A DNA stretch of 22,657 nucleotides from Candidatus Rokuibacteriota bacterium (lineage in GTDB: Bacteria > Methylomirabilota > Methylomirabilia > Rokubacteriales > DASRDR01). Positions 8,854 to 16,705 of the stretch are shown piece after piece. Where the stretch lies: NCBI GenBank assembly GCA_044866005.1, contig JBIOTN010000202.1:1-22657 (forward strand), in the 5' to 3' direction. The position numbers were made by a program, and so were the translations under genes. Each line of letters opens with the position of its first letter. Positions within the stretch are counted from its first letter, which is position 1. The notes under the pieces were generated by a model that ran no database searches, was not told the DNA's origin, and was given only the letters and a program-made list of their open reading frames with translations.

Positions 8854-10092
8854 TCAGGACCCCCGAAGCCAGACGATCCCGAGCCCCAGCATGGCGGCCC
8901 CGACGATCACGAGCGGCTCAGGCACCCGGACCCGGATGAGGAGGGCCAGCGTGACCAGGGCGAGCACGAGGGTCGGGAGGTCGACGATGGCGCGACGGGC
9001 GAGGACGTAGCACGCGCCGGCGATCGCGCCCGCGGCCGCGGCGGTCACGCCGTTGACGAAGGCTTTGACCTGGGGGTTGTCGCTGAACCGATCGAACCAC
9101 GGGTACGGGATCACGACGAAGAGGTAGACCGGCAGGAAGACCCCGATCGCGGCGACGAGGGCGCCGGGGTGGCCCGCGACCAGGTAGCCGATGAAGGCGA
9201 CCGTGATGACCACGGGGCCCGGCGTGATCATGGCGACCGCGACCGCGTCCAGGAACTGCTGGTCGTTCAGCCATCGGTACTCCTGGACCACGCCGCCGTA
9301 GAGGAACGGCACGATGGCGAGCCCGCTCCCGAACACGAAGGCGCCCGCCTTGGTGAAGAACCAGAGGAGCCGCCCCAGTGTCCCGGCCGCGGCCGGGTCG
9401 CCGAGCCCTGGCCAGAGCGCGGCCGGCAGCGGGAAGGCCGCCGACAGCGCCAGCCCCGCGCCCACGAGGCGGCCCAGCCAGCGAGGCGGCGCCTGGACCA
9501 GGAGGGCGACCACGCCACAGAGGAGGAAGAGGCTCCCGATCTCGGTTTCGGTCCAGGCGGTGACCAGGGCCATGACGACGAGGATGGCCCAGAGCAGCCG
9601 GTCCGTCCCGACCGTCAGCCGCGTGAGCTTGTAGGCGGCCCGGACGATGATCCCGATCACCGCCGCGCCGATCCCGTAGAAGGCGGCCTGCATCCAGGGA
9701 AGGCCGCCGAACCGGACGTAGAGCATGCCGAGCGCGACCGTCATCAGATACGACGGCAGGACGAAGGCGAGCCCGACCAGCGTGGCGCCCGACAGTCGGG
9801 AGTGGACGTAGCCGAGGCAGATGGCGAGCTGGGCGGCGAGGGGGCCGGGCGCGAGCTGGGAGAGGGCCAGGCCCTTCACGTACTGCTCCCTGGTGAACCA
9901 CTTCCGCTGTTCGACCAGGTCGCGCTGCATGTAGCCGACGAGCGCGACGGGGCCGCCGAAGCCCAGGCTTCCCAGGTAGAGGAAGTACCGCACGAGGTCG
10001 CGCAGGCTCGGCATGGGAGACCCCCGGTCGCGGTCCGCGCGGGCGGCGGCACGGGTCGGCTCGGGCGCGGAGGACGGTCGCATCGCCGCCAT
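8854..10092 (-). CDS. chrA: Chromate efflux transporter ChrA (long-chain CHR)
   Basis: Two CHR halves: GFGGP...SQLAPGP and FGSG...AMITPGP. Start uncertain (10092, 10083 or 10014). Confidence 0.93.
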   Translation of the reverse strand: MAAMRPSSAPEPTRAAARADRDRGSPMPSLRDLVRYFLYLGSLGFGGPVALVGYMQRDLVEQRKWFTREQYVKGLALSQLAPGPLAAQLAICLGYVHSRLSGATLVGLAFVLPSYLMTVALGMLYVRFGGLPWMQAAFYGIGAAVIGIIVRAAYKLTRLTVGTDRLLWAILVVMALVTAWTETEIGSLFLLCGVVALLVQAPPRWLGRLVGAGLALSAAFPLPAALWPGLGDPAAAGTLGRLLWFFTKAGAFVFGSGLAIVPFLYGGVVQEYRWLNDQQFLDAVAVAMITPGPVVITVAFIGYLVAGHPGALVAAIGVFLPVYLFVVIPYPWFDRFSDNPQVKAFVNGVTAAAAGAIAGACYVLARRAIVDLPTLVLALVTLALLIRVRVPEPLVIVGAAMLGLGIVWLRGS

Positions 10093-10094
10093 GG

Positions 10095-11030
10095 CTATCG
10101 GCGTCCCACCGTGGCGTAGAGGCCGTCGAAGAGCGTCAGGCCGTGGGCCAGGACCTGGTGGTCGTCCTTGGACGTGGCCAGCAACCCCCGGATGGCGACG
10201 TCCAGGCCGCGGACCTCCTCGCGCTTGAACCGCTCGTCCCGGAGGTCCATGTCGTGGACGATCTCGGCGAGCTGCGCGAGCCGGCGGTCCCGGAGCCCGA
10301 AGCGCTTGAGGAGCGTCTCGAAGGTGCAGTCCTCGCCGTGATGGCTGAACTCGGCCCCCGGCGCATCGAAGGGCACCGCGTCGCGCGGGAACTCGGACGG
10401 CGGCGCGAACAGGAACTCGGCGCCGGGATCGATGAAGCGCTTGATGACCCAGGCGGAGGCGATGCGGTCGACGTGGGGCCGCGGTCGCGTGACCCAGCGG
10501 CGGCCGCGGAACGCCTCGGGCCTGACCGCCGCGGCTCGCGCCGGGCCGGCCGGCGGCCGAAGCCGTCGCTCCGCCGCTTCCTTGAGCCGCTCCACTTCCC
10601 GGCCACCCGACGCTTCGAAGAAGTCGATCTCGCGGATCCGCTCGAGCTCGCGCGCCAGGCGCGTCAGCTCGTCGGCGCGGCGACCCGCGCGCCCGTCCGG
10701 CGTCTTCCGGCCGAGCGCGGCGAGCAGCGCGCGGAAGCGTTCCGCCAGCCGACGGTACTCCTCGTCGCGCGCCTCGTGGAAGAGGCGGATGACGTCGGCC
10801 GACTCCATGTTCTCGATCTGATCCACCTTGAGCAGCGTCGCCTCGCCCCCGTCCCGCTCGACCTCCTGCGTCAGCCACTGGAAGTGCTCCTGGTGCTCGG
10901 CCGTGAAGGGGAGCAGGTAGACGGAGTTCTTCAGGGCGACGGCGCCGATGGCCCGCAGTCGCCGCCAGGCGCGGACGCGCATGCTGGAGGGATGGGGCGG
11001 AAAGCGGAGGATGAGGACCAGCCACGGCAT
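10095..11030 (-). CDS. chrB: Chromate resistance regulator ChrB (N- and C-terminal domains)
   Basis: RVRAWRRLRAIGA...VYLLP and IDFF in the N-terminal part; WVTRPRPHVDRIASAW...HHGEDCTFE in the C-terminal part. SD GGAGG/GGTGA. Confidence 0.92.
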   Translation of the reverse strand: MPWLVLILRFPPHPSSMRVRAWRRLRAIGAVALKNSVYLLPFTAEHQEHFQWLTQEVERDGGEATLLKVDQIENMESADVIRLFHEARDEEYRRLAERFRALLAALGRKTPDGRAGRRADELTRLARELERIREIDFFEASGGREVERLKEAAERRLRPPAGPARAAAVRPEAFRGRRWVTRPRPHVDRIASAWVIKRFIDPGAEFLFAPPSEFPRDAVPFDAPGAEFSHHGEDCTFETLLKRFGLRDRRLAQLAEIVHDMDLRDERFKREEVRGLDVAIRGLLATSKDDHQVLAHGLTLFDGLYATVGRR

Positions 11031-11095
11031 GGATCACCGCCTCCGGCGGCGGCGCGTGCTCGCGGCCACGATCGGGCGTCCCGGGGGTCGCATCG

Positions 11096-11132
11096 CTTGT
11101 AACTATACAAGAACAACTGTTACACGTGTCAA
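11096..11132 (-). promoter_or_regulatory. chr operon promoter with an inverted-repeat operator candidate
   Basis: AT-rich island with TTGACA(11132-11127)-19 nt-TATAGT(11107-11102), overlapped by TGTAAC(11098-11103)-N15-GTTACA(11119-11124). Confidence 0.7.
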
Positions 11133-11290
11133 GGCTCTTTTGTCGGGCGAGGCGCGGGGGCCACGAGGCGGCGGGGTCGAGCCTGGCCGGAGGCGGTCAG
11201 GACGGACCGGGGCCCGGGAGGCCGGCCAGGCGTGGGCCGGGGACGAGGCCGGCGTCGGGCCGCGGGCGGCCGGACGCCCAGGCGGCTCTG

Positions 11291-11350
11291 GCCAGCATCA
11301 GCTCCAGGCGGTCGACCTCCGGCATCCGGAGGTCGCAGACGACCGCATTA
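11291..11350 (-). pseudogene. Receiver-domain relic
   Basis: AVVCDLRMPEVDRLEL matches the REC phospho-Asp segment (D.xMP..DG.EL). The rest of the domain is absent. Confidence 0.45.
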
Positions 11351-11661
11351 CCCCGGTCAGGGGGCCACGGTCCCCGCGGCGGCTCTGAGGTCGGGGGGGC
11401 ACGGTTGCCAGAGCCCTCCCGGGGTGGTGGGAACGAGGTACCCACCAATAGCCGGAAATCGGCGAGCCTGTCATTGTCGACCGCGCCGCGCTGCCCATCC
11501 CGCCGGAAAGGGCCAGGGCCTCTGCCTCCCCTTGGCGTTCCCCGAGCGACCGGGTAGAGTGGCTGTCAGGGCACTTTCGGTCGCCGGTGGTGCGGCCTCG
11601 ACCGCGCCCCACCGGCGAGGGGCATGAGATGGCGACGTTCCACGCCATCTGAGGGCCGTGC

Positions 11662-13611
11662 ATGGCGCCACCGCGTCGCACCGACGCCGCCCGCTTCCAC
11701 CTTGCCGCGATCGTCGAATCCTCGGACGACGCGATCATCAGCAAAGACCTCGATGGCATCATCCAATCGTGGAACGCCGGCGCCGAGCGGTTGTTCGGGT
11801 ACGCGGCGGCGGAAGTGATCGGCCGGCCCATCACCATCATCGCTCCGCCGGGGCGGCCGGACGAGGAGGCCGGGATCCTGGAGCGCATTCGACGCGGCGA
11901 GCGCGTCGAGCACTACGAGGCGGTCCGGGCACGGAAGGACGGGCAGCTGGTCGAGGTCTCGCTCACCGTCTCGCCCGTCAGGGACGAGACCGGGAGAATC
12001 ATCGGCGCCTCGAAGATCGCGCGAGAGGTGGGGGCCCGGAAGAAAGCCGAAGAGGCGGTGGCCTACCTCGCCGCGATCGTCTCCTCGTCGGAGGACGCGA
12101 TCGTCGGCAAGACGCTCGAGGGCATCATCGTGACCTGGAACGCGGGTGCCGAACGCCTCTTCGGCTACGCGGCCGAGGAGGTGGTGGGCCGCTCCATCGG
12201 CCTGCTGATGCCAGCCGAGCGGATCCAGGAGGAGGAGTACCAGATCCTGGCGCGTGTCCGGCGCGGCGAGCGTGTCGAGCACTTCGAGACGGTGCGGGTC
12301 AGGCAGGACGGCGGCCAGATCGACGTCTCACTCACCATCTCGCCGGTGAGGGATGCCCACGGCACGATCATCGGGGCCTCGAAGATCGCGCGGGACATCA
12401 CCAGTCGAAAGCGGGAGGAGAAGGAGCGGGAGCAGCTGCTGGCCCGCGAGCAGCAGGCGCGCGCGGAAGCCGATGCCGCGAACCGCGCGAAGGACGAGTT
12501 CCTGGCCACGCTCTCCCACGAGCTGCGGACGCCCCTGAGCGCCAGTCTGGGGTGGGCCCAGATCCTCAGCACGGGACGGCATGACCCGCAGATGATGGAA
12601 CGGGCCATCGAGACGATCATCCGCAACGCCAAGCACCAGACTCACCTGGTCGAGGACCTCCTCGATCTCTCGACCATCGTCAGCGGGCGGTTCTGCCTGA
12701 ATTCGCGCCCCGTCGAGCTGGTCGCCGCCCTCACCGGCGCCCTCGAATCGGTCCGTGCTGCCGTGGTGGCCAAGCGCCTGGAGGTCCAGACGCACTTCGA
12801 TCCGGCCGTGGGGGCGGTGATGGGAGACCCGGACAGGCTGCAACAGGTGTTCTGGAACCTCCTCTCGAACGCCGTGAAGTTCACGCCCTCCGACGGGCGG
12901 ATCGAGGTGCGGCTGGAGCGGATGCGGTCGCGGGCCGTGGTGAAGGTGATCGACAGCGGGATCGGGATCGCGCCCGACGTGCTCCCGTCCATCTTCGACC
13001 GGTTCCTCCAGGCGGACAGCTCTACCACCCGCCGGCACGGCGGTCTCTGTCTCGGTCTGGCCATCGTCCGGCAGCTCGTCGAGCTGCACGGCGGGACCGT
13101 GCACGCGGCGAGCCCCGGCGAAGGGCGGGGGGCGAGCTTCACCGTGTCGTTGCCCGTCATGCCGGTGCGCGCGGCCCCGCCCCAGGCGCCGACCCGGCCT
13201 CCGGGCCTGGCCCGCTGCGACGGCCTCACCGTGCTGCTGGTTGAGGACGAGGCCGACGCGCGGGACCTGGTCACCGTGCTCCTGGAGGAGTGCGGAGCGA
13301 GGGTGATCGCGGTCGCGTCGGCGGCCGAAGCCATGACGGCGATCCAGCGGGCCATGCCCGACATCGTGGTCAGCGACCTCGCCATGCCGGACGTCGACGG
13401 ATACGAGCTCATCGCCCGGGTCCGCGCCCTACCGGCCGGGCTCCGCGTGCCGGCCGTCGCGCTCACGGCGCACGCCGGTGCCGACACCCGGGCGAAGACG
13501 TTCCTGGCCGGCTTCGACGCCCACGTGGAGAAGCCCGTGGACCCCGGCGAGCTGGTCGCGGTGGTCGCCAGGCTCGCCCGCCGGGCAACAGGGGGACCGC
13601 CCGCTGCGTAG
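11662..13611 (+). CDS. Soluble hybrid sensor histidine kinase (PAS-PAS-HisKA-HATPase-REC)
   Basis: Two PAS/PAC repeats (SSDDAII...WNAGAERLFGY), H-box SHELRTPL, N-box NLLSNAVKFT, G1 DSGIGI, G2 HGGLCLGL, and REC motifs VEDE, DLAMPDVDG and KP. Confidence 0.95.
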   Translation: MAPPRRTDAARFHLAAIVESSDDAIISKDLDGIIQSWNAGAERLFGYAAAEVIGRPITIIAPPGRPDEEAGILERIRRGERVEHYEAVRARKDGQLVEVSLTVSPVRDETGRIIGASKIAREVGARKKAEEAVAYLAAIVSSSEDAIVGKTLEGIIVTWNAGAERLFGYAAEEVVGRSIGLLMPAERIQEEEYQILARVRRGERVEHFETVRVRQDGGQIDVSLTISPVRDAHGTIIGASKIARDITSRKREEKEREQLLAREQQARAEADAANRAKDEFLATLSHELRTPLSASLGWAQILSTGRHDPQMMERAIETIIRNAKHQTHLVEDLLDLSTIVSGRFCLNSRPVELVAALTGALESVRAAVVAKRLEVQTHFDPAVGAVMGDPDRLQQVFWNLLSNAVKFTPSDGRIEVRLERMRSRAVVKVIDSGIGIAPDVLPSIFDRFLQADSSTTRRHGGLCLGLAIVRQLVELHGGTVHAASPGEGRGASFTVSLPVMPVRAAPPQAPTRPPGLARCDGLTVLLVEDEADARDLVTVLLEECGARVIAVASAAEAMTAIQRAMPDIVVSDLAMPDVDGYELIARVRALPAGLRVPAVALTAHAGADTRAKTFLAGFDAHVEKPVDPGELVAVVARLARRATGGPPAA

Positions 13612-13722
13612 CCGTGCGGTCGCCACGCGGATTCGCGGGCTGGCGCCCTCCGGCGGCATTTTGCGTCGTCACGGCGTGCAGATGCCGAGGCGGATGGTGC
13701 CGGGCTTGCAGGAACGAGGCGC

Positions 13723-13893
13723 ATGGCGAGTCCCGAGACCCTGACGCTCATCGCTCTCTTCTGGGTTGTGCTCTGCGCGCTCGTGGTCTGGCTTGTCTGG
13801 CGCGGCGCGAAGCGCGACGCCGAAGACCAGCGTCGTGCCGAGACCCCGGAGACCGAAGAGCATCCTGCGCGGCGGGATGACCAGGCTGCCTGA
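13723..13893 (+). CDS. 56-aa single-pass membrane microprotein (not in the ORF track)
   Basis: MASPETLTLIALFWVVLCALVVWLVWRGAKRDAEDQ...: one TM helix, basic residues just after it, an acidic tail, and GAGG upstream. Confidence 0.6.
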   Translation: MASPETLTLIALFWVVLCALVVWLVWRGAKRDAEDQRRAETPETEEHPARRDDQAA

Positions 13894-13915
13894 TCTCCGG
13901 CTGCGCCGCAGCCGT

Positions 13916-14101
13916 TCAGCGAGGGTCTTGGGCTTGATATCCCGGGCATGCATGGCGGGAGTAACCCGGAGCTGAGCCTTGTCGCGGTGTGTTTGAGGAG
14001 GTGATGGCTGCCGGAAGAGCGAGCAATGGCGAAACCGGCCCGGCCCGCTCAAGTGCCCGAAGTACTTCGCGGGGCGTGAGGACAGGCAGGCGCGGACTCA
14101 T
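13916..14101 (-). pseudogene. hicA: HicA toxin pseudogene
   Basis: Removing a 5-bp duplication (GGCCG) and a 2-bp duplication (AC) restores MSPRLPVLTPREVLRALERAGFAIARSSGSHHLLKHRDKAQLRVTPAMHARDIKPKTLA, including the GSH motif. The 3' end is lost. Confidence 0.85.
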
Positions 14102-14230
14102 GCCGCGGAGACAACAACCCTCACCTTCTCCTTGATTGGTTCCTTCTCCGTATCAGCGGGAATCGGGAGGCGATCCTCGATAAAGCTCTCGATGTATAGA
14201 CGGATGGCATCCCCGGCCATCGCACGCGCC
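14098..14230 (-). pseudogene. hicB: HicB antitoxin, 5'-truncated
   Basis: ARAMAGDAIRLYIESFIEDRLPIP...VSAA*. The stop overlaps the hicA ATG, and the N-terminal P.LPG..TQG half is absent. Confidence 0.8.
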
Positions 14231-14461
14231 CGAGATGCTGCGGCGTGGGAACCCGCACTGTCAAGAGACGCCCGGAACCCGCCCGCACTTGGCGGCCCCC
14301 GCAGTCCGCCTCGTCGAGGCGCGGGGAATGGGGCAGACGCCGGGCCGGACCGACCCCGACGGACTCGGGATTTCCGTTTCCCTGTGGGAGGAGCAGGTTG
14401 ACCAGCTCTTACAAGAGCATGGCGGAAGTCACGTCGCGGTCATGCGAAGGCCACGGCGGGC

Positions 14462-14953
14462 TTATGCGGCCTTCCTGGTCCTGGCGGCCTTCCGCGCCGC
14501 CGCCTTCCGCCCAGCGGCACCCTTCGTCGCGACAGCCTTCCGCGCCGCCGCCTTCCGCGCCGCCGGACCGCGCCGGCGGGCCACCTGCCGTGCCTGGCGT
14601 GCCAGCGCCAGCCCGCTCGCAGCGCCCCGCTCTTCGCGCCTTAGCGCGCGGGCGATCGCGCGGGAGCGTGTCCGGGCGGGCTTCCGGCGGCCCCGGCGGC
14701 CGGCGCGCGAGGCGTACGCTGCGCTCTGCCGTGTCCTGGCTTTCGCGCTTTTGGGCGGAGCGCCGAGCTTCACGCCCGCGCGCCGAGCTTTGCTGAGCCC
14801 GATCGCGATCGCCTGTTTCGTCGATCGCGCGCCGTGCTTGCCGGCTCGGATGTGGTGCATCTCTTCGCGGACGAACTCACCGGCCTGGGTGGTGGGGCGC
14901 TTGCCCCTACGCTTGGCCTGTCGCGCCCGCTCGACCGTCTGCTTCTCCGGCAT
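14462..14953 (-). CDS. DUF6496-like basic, putative DNA-binding protein with a histone H1-like tail
   Basis: TQAGEFVREEMHHIRAGKHGARSTKQAIAIGLSKARRAG, KAAARKA repeats, and the SD CAGGAGG. Confidence 0.85.
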   Translation of the reverse strand: MPEKQTVERARQAKRRGKRPTTQAGEFVREEMHHIRAGKHGARSTKQAIAIGLSKARRAGVKLGAPPKSAKARTRQSAAYASRAGRRGRRKPARTRSRAIARALRREERGAASGLALARQARQVARRRGPAARKAAARKAVATKGAAGRKAAARKAARTRKAA

Positions 14954-14998
14954 GGCGTCCTCCTGGATGTTTGCTCGCGCGTGTCATCGGGCGATCAC

Positions 14999-15014
14999 AG
15001 CAAAAACGGTGCCG
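14999..15014 (-). promoter_or_regulatory. sigma54 (-24/-12) promoter candidate
   Basis: CGGCACCGTTTTTGCT fits GG-N10-GC, close to TGGCAC-N5-TTGCW, about 45 nt upstream of ATG 14953. Confidence 0.6.
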
Positions 15015-15029
15015 CCGGGAGCCGGCGAC

Positions 15030-15255
15030 TGAGACTGGCGCCGGCCCGGTCGGCCGCCTGAGCGGAGGCGGCCTTGAGCCGTCGCGGTGGGGTACTCCTC
15101 GGCCAGAAGGGCGCGGCGCAGCTCCACCCGAAGATCGGCCGCTCGCCCCGGGTCCGGCACGAGCACCGTGAAGAACCCGCTGGTCCGCCCTTTATTCGGG
15201 TTTCGACGCGTGGCCGGTAGACGAAGAAAATGTCCCCGCGGTCGCGGGCGCCCAT
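15030..15255 (-). pseudogene. Relic of a conserved hypothetical protein
   Basis: RGDIFFVYRPRV / DQRFFTVLVPD / ELRRALLAEEYPTAT are spread across frames, with an apparent internal deletion. Confidence 0.55.
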
Positions 15256-15290
15256 CACGGGCGCTCTGACGGGTCGGTTCGCGGCCTCCC

Positions 15291-15833
15291 TCAGCTTGCC
15301 CGCTTGAGCCGTCGCCGGGCGCGCTTCGCGGGGGGTTTGGCGGCGGCACCGCGACCGGGGCGCTTTGCCGCGGCGACCGGGTGCCCGGGAGCCGGTTCCG
15401 GCGCTCGCTTGGCCGCCCGCTGGGATACTCGTCGGGCCGTCTGCAGGGCCCGCCGCTCGTCCTCGCCTCGCAGCACCAGCGAGCTGAGCGTCACTACCCC
15501 GACGAGTTGCCGTTCGTGGTCCACCACCGGCAGCCGACCGACCTGCTCGCGGGCCATCACCTGGAGGCACTCGTCGATGTCCCAGTCGGGCTCGGCGCAG
15601 ACCGGCTCCTCGGTCGCGCACTCCACGACGCGGGTCGCTGCCGGGTCGAGGTTGCGCGCCATCCCACGAATCACGAGATCGCGGTCGGTCAGCACCCCGC
15701 GGACTCTTCCATCCTCGACGATGGGCAGCATGCCGACGTTCGCCTCCCGCATCTTGTCGGCGGCATCGACGAGCGACGCCGACGGCTCGACCGCGACGAC
15801 CCTTCCGACCATGATGTCCCTTACTTTTTTCAT
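15291..15833 (-). CDS. CBS-pair protein with a basic Lys/Arg/Ala C-terminal tail
   Basis: KVRDIM...VGMLPIV...GVLTDRDLVIR and VGRLPVVD...LVGVVTL. Confidence 0.9.
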   Translation of the reverse strand: MKKVRDIMVGRVVAVEPSASLVDAADKMREANVGMLPIVEDGRVRGVLTDRDLVIRGMARNLDPAATRVVECATEEPVCAEPDWDIDECLQVMAREQVGRLPVVDHERQLVGVVTLSSLVLRGEDERRALQTARRVSQRAAKRAPEPAPGHPVAAAKRPGRGAAAKPPAKRARRRLKRAS

Positions 15834-15919
15834 CGCTCGAAGCTTCTTGCTCGGATCCCGTTTTCGCGCGACCTACTGCAGTCCCCATGCCTGTTTCGAA
15901 CGCCAGGACCGCAGCCTCG

Positions 15920-16076
15920 GATGTCCTTCAGGTTGCGCGAATAGAGCCGTACCCGCCGGCGGCGCCGGTAGGCCATGGCCCGGTCGCGGTCGTACTTCTC
16001 CTCGTAGACCCATCCCGGCCGATCGACCGGCTCGCGCACCAGCGTGGCGGAGCATCGGGCTGATCAGCCCCCTCAT
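15920..16076 (-). pseudogene. ligD: ATP-dependent DNA ligase (LigD-type) N-terminal relic
   Basis: After removing 1 inserted nt it reads SPMLATLVREPVDRPGWVYEEKYDRDRAMAY...VRLYSRNLKD. Motif I KxDG is altered to KYDR and the gene is truncated. Confidence 0.85.
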
Positions 16077-16216
16077 CGGCGGCGGGCGAGGGTCGAGGGA
16101 GCTCCGTCGGCGGCGTGCGCCACGTCCCCGCCTTCGTCGGCCGCGACCCGTGTCGGCAGCGGCTCGAGGGTCCGACTGAAGCGCCGCCTCTTCCTGTACT
16201 CCTCGAGCGGCTCCAT
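16073..16216 (-). pseudogene. LigD 3'-phosphoesterase gene relic (47 aa, internal deletion)
   Basis: MEPLEEYRKRRRFSRTLEP matches the LigD PE N-terminus (L..Y..KR.F..TPEP). The catalytic core is missing and the stop overlaps the ligase ATG. TTGACA-16-TACCGT lies upstream (16266-16239). Confidence 0.7.
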
Positions 16217-16285
16217 CCGCCTGCTCCGGTCTGAATTCACGGTAGCCCCGCCGCCGTGGGTGTCAAGGCGATCATGGCCGGGCGA

Positions 16286-16690
16286 TCATGGCCGGTAGAC
16301 GCGGCCCTCCACGCCGACTTCGCCAGAGGGCGGATGCTGCCCTTCGGCGAGCGCGCGGAGCGTCGGTCGGCCGATGTGGGCGAACACCAGTCGGCGGACG
16401 CCGTGCCGCCGGCCTCCACCGCCACCTCCCGGACCGCGGCATGCCCGCCCACGCCGCCCGGCGAAACGGATCGGCCGGCTCCATCCGGCGGCGTCGGCGA
16501 AGACCAGATCGGCGCCGGCCGCCCAGCGGGGGAACCGGAGGAGCTCCGGCGCCCAGACCCCCGTGCGGCCGGGGCCCCTGATCAGGTACCCGACGGTCGG
16601 GTGGCGGGTGTGGATCACTGCGCGCGGGGCCGGATGCTCAGATCGCCCCGCCGACGCGGCCACGTGCGGCTGAAGCCCGTGGGTCTGCGG
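16286..16690 (-). pseudogene. MBL-fold metallo-hydrolase, C-terminal relic
   Basis: VIHTRHPTVGYLI...GADLVFADAAGW, GVGGHAA (shifted frame) and RRLVFAHIGR. It has compensating +1/-1 frameshifts and lacks the N-terminal HxHxDH half. Confidence 0.7.
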
Positions 16691-16705
16691 ACACCGCCTC
16701 CGCCG

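Noticed and set aside
7573..11037. Long N-terminal extensions of the ChrB-C protein (to 8544) and ChrA (to 11037) in the ORF track
   Set aside because: They overlap the MFS and chrB genes in other frames. The family N-termini and SD/overlap signals define shorter starts.
11629..11661. In-frame TGA-GGG-CCG-TGC (U-G-P-C) before the kinase as a Sec-containing thioredoxin-like motif
   Set aside because: There is no thioredoxin fold around it, it is better explained as a stop in a decayed GAF helix, and the downstream hairpins are unremarkable for this GC content.
11690..12410. Internal direct repeat of about 370 nt
   Set aside because: These are ordinary tandem PAS/PAC domains.
14483..14563. 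Repeated GCCTTCCGCGCCGCCGCCTTCCGC as a DNA element
   Set aside because: It is explained by the encoded RKAAARKA peptide repeats.
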